A stretch of DNA of 27,952 nt from Gemmatimonadaceae bacterium. Its GTDB lineage: Bacteria; Gemmatimonadota; Gemmatimonadetes; Gemmatimonadales; Gemmatimonadaceae. Positions 27,895-27,952 of the stretch are shown piece by piece. Positions within the stretch are counted from its first letter, which is position 1; every line of letters begins with the position of its first letter. The stretch lies in NCBI GenBank assembly GCA_035700125.1, contig DASSOX010000216.1:1-27952 (forward strand), written 5' to 3'. The notes below the pieces were generated by a model. That model saw only the letters and a list, made by a program, of their open reading frames with translations, made no database searches and had not been told where the DNA came from. Both the position numbers and the translations under genes were made by a program.

Positions 27895-27952
27895 GCATCC
27901 ACGCTCGCAGCTCTGGAATAGCGAATCGCCACGAGCGCTCAGCGCTCGTGGC

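Overview
This is a high-GC (roughly 65-70%), gene-dense chromosomal segment with about 17 credible protein-coding genes. It has no rRNA or tRNA genes, no CRISPR array, and no transposase or integrase genes. Because of the GC content, every long ORF running antisense to a real gene (for example 6919..9039-, 3239..4309+, 13832..15940-, 23547..24971-) is an artefact and was rejected. From left to right the window holds:
- A minus-strand run of four genes: a fused LeuD/LeuC aconitase-family hydro-lyase, an alpha/beta hydrolase, an NfeD-like membrane protein and a flotillin/SPFH protein.
- A divergent hypothetical protein.
- A second alpha/beta hydrolase, tightly followed by a TMEM175/DUF1211-type K+ channel and an orphan 841-aa FtsX-duplicated permease of the ADOP (acidobacterial duplicated orphan permease) type.
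- A secreted peptide-degradation block: a Tat-signal M24 Xaa-Pro peptidase, an M19 membrane dipeptidase lipoprotein, an esterase-like exported protein, and a 1,000-aa BNR/Asp-box (sortilin/GH74-like) protein.
- A sensor histidine kinase with a periplasmic PDZ-like domain and a sigma54-dependent NtrC-type response regulator, transcribed divergently from a SusC-like TonB-dependent receptor and SusD-like lipoprotein pair.
The gene content (ADOP permease, SusC/SusD, high GC) suggests a Gemmatimonadota- or Acidobacteriota-like organism; this is inference only.
The signal least explained by the gene calls is a family of four palindromic intergenic repeat elements built on a conserved ~70-bp core. 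In three copies the core sits inside longer, variable terminal inverted repeats (REP/MITE-like). The second notable signal is a pair of near-identical sigma54-type -24/-12 boxes (TGGCAT-N5-NTGCC), each lying ~110-160 bp downstream of GCATC..GATGC palindromes, in front of susC and in front of the M24 peptidase gene. This suggests both are controlled by the adjacent NtrC-family two-component system.
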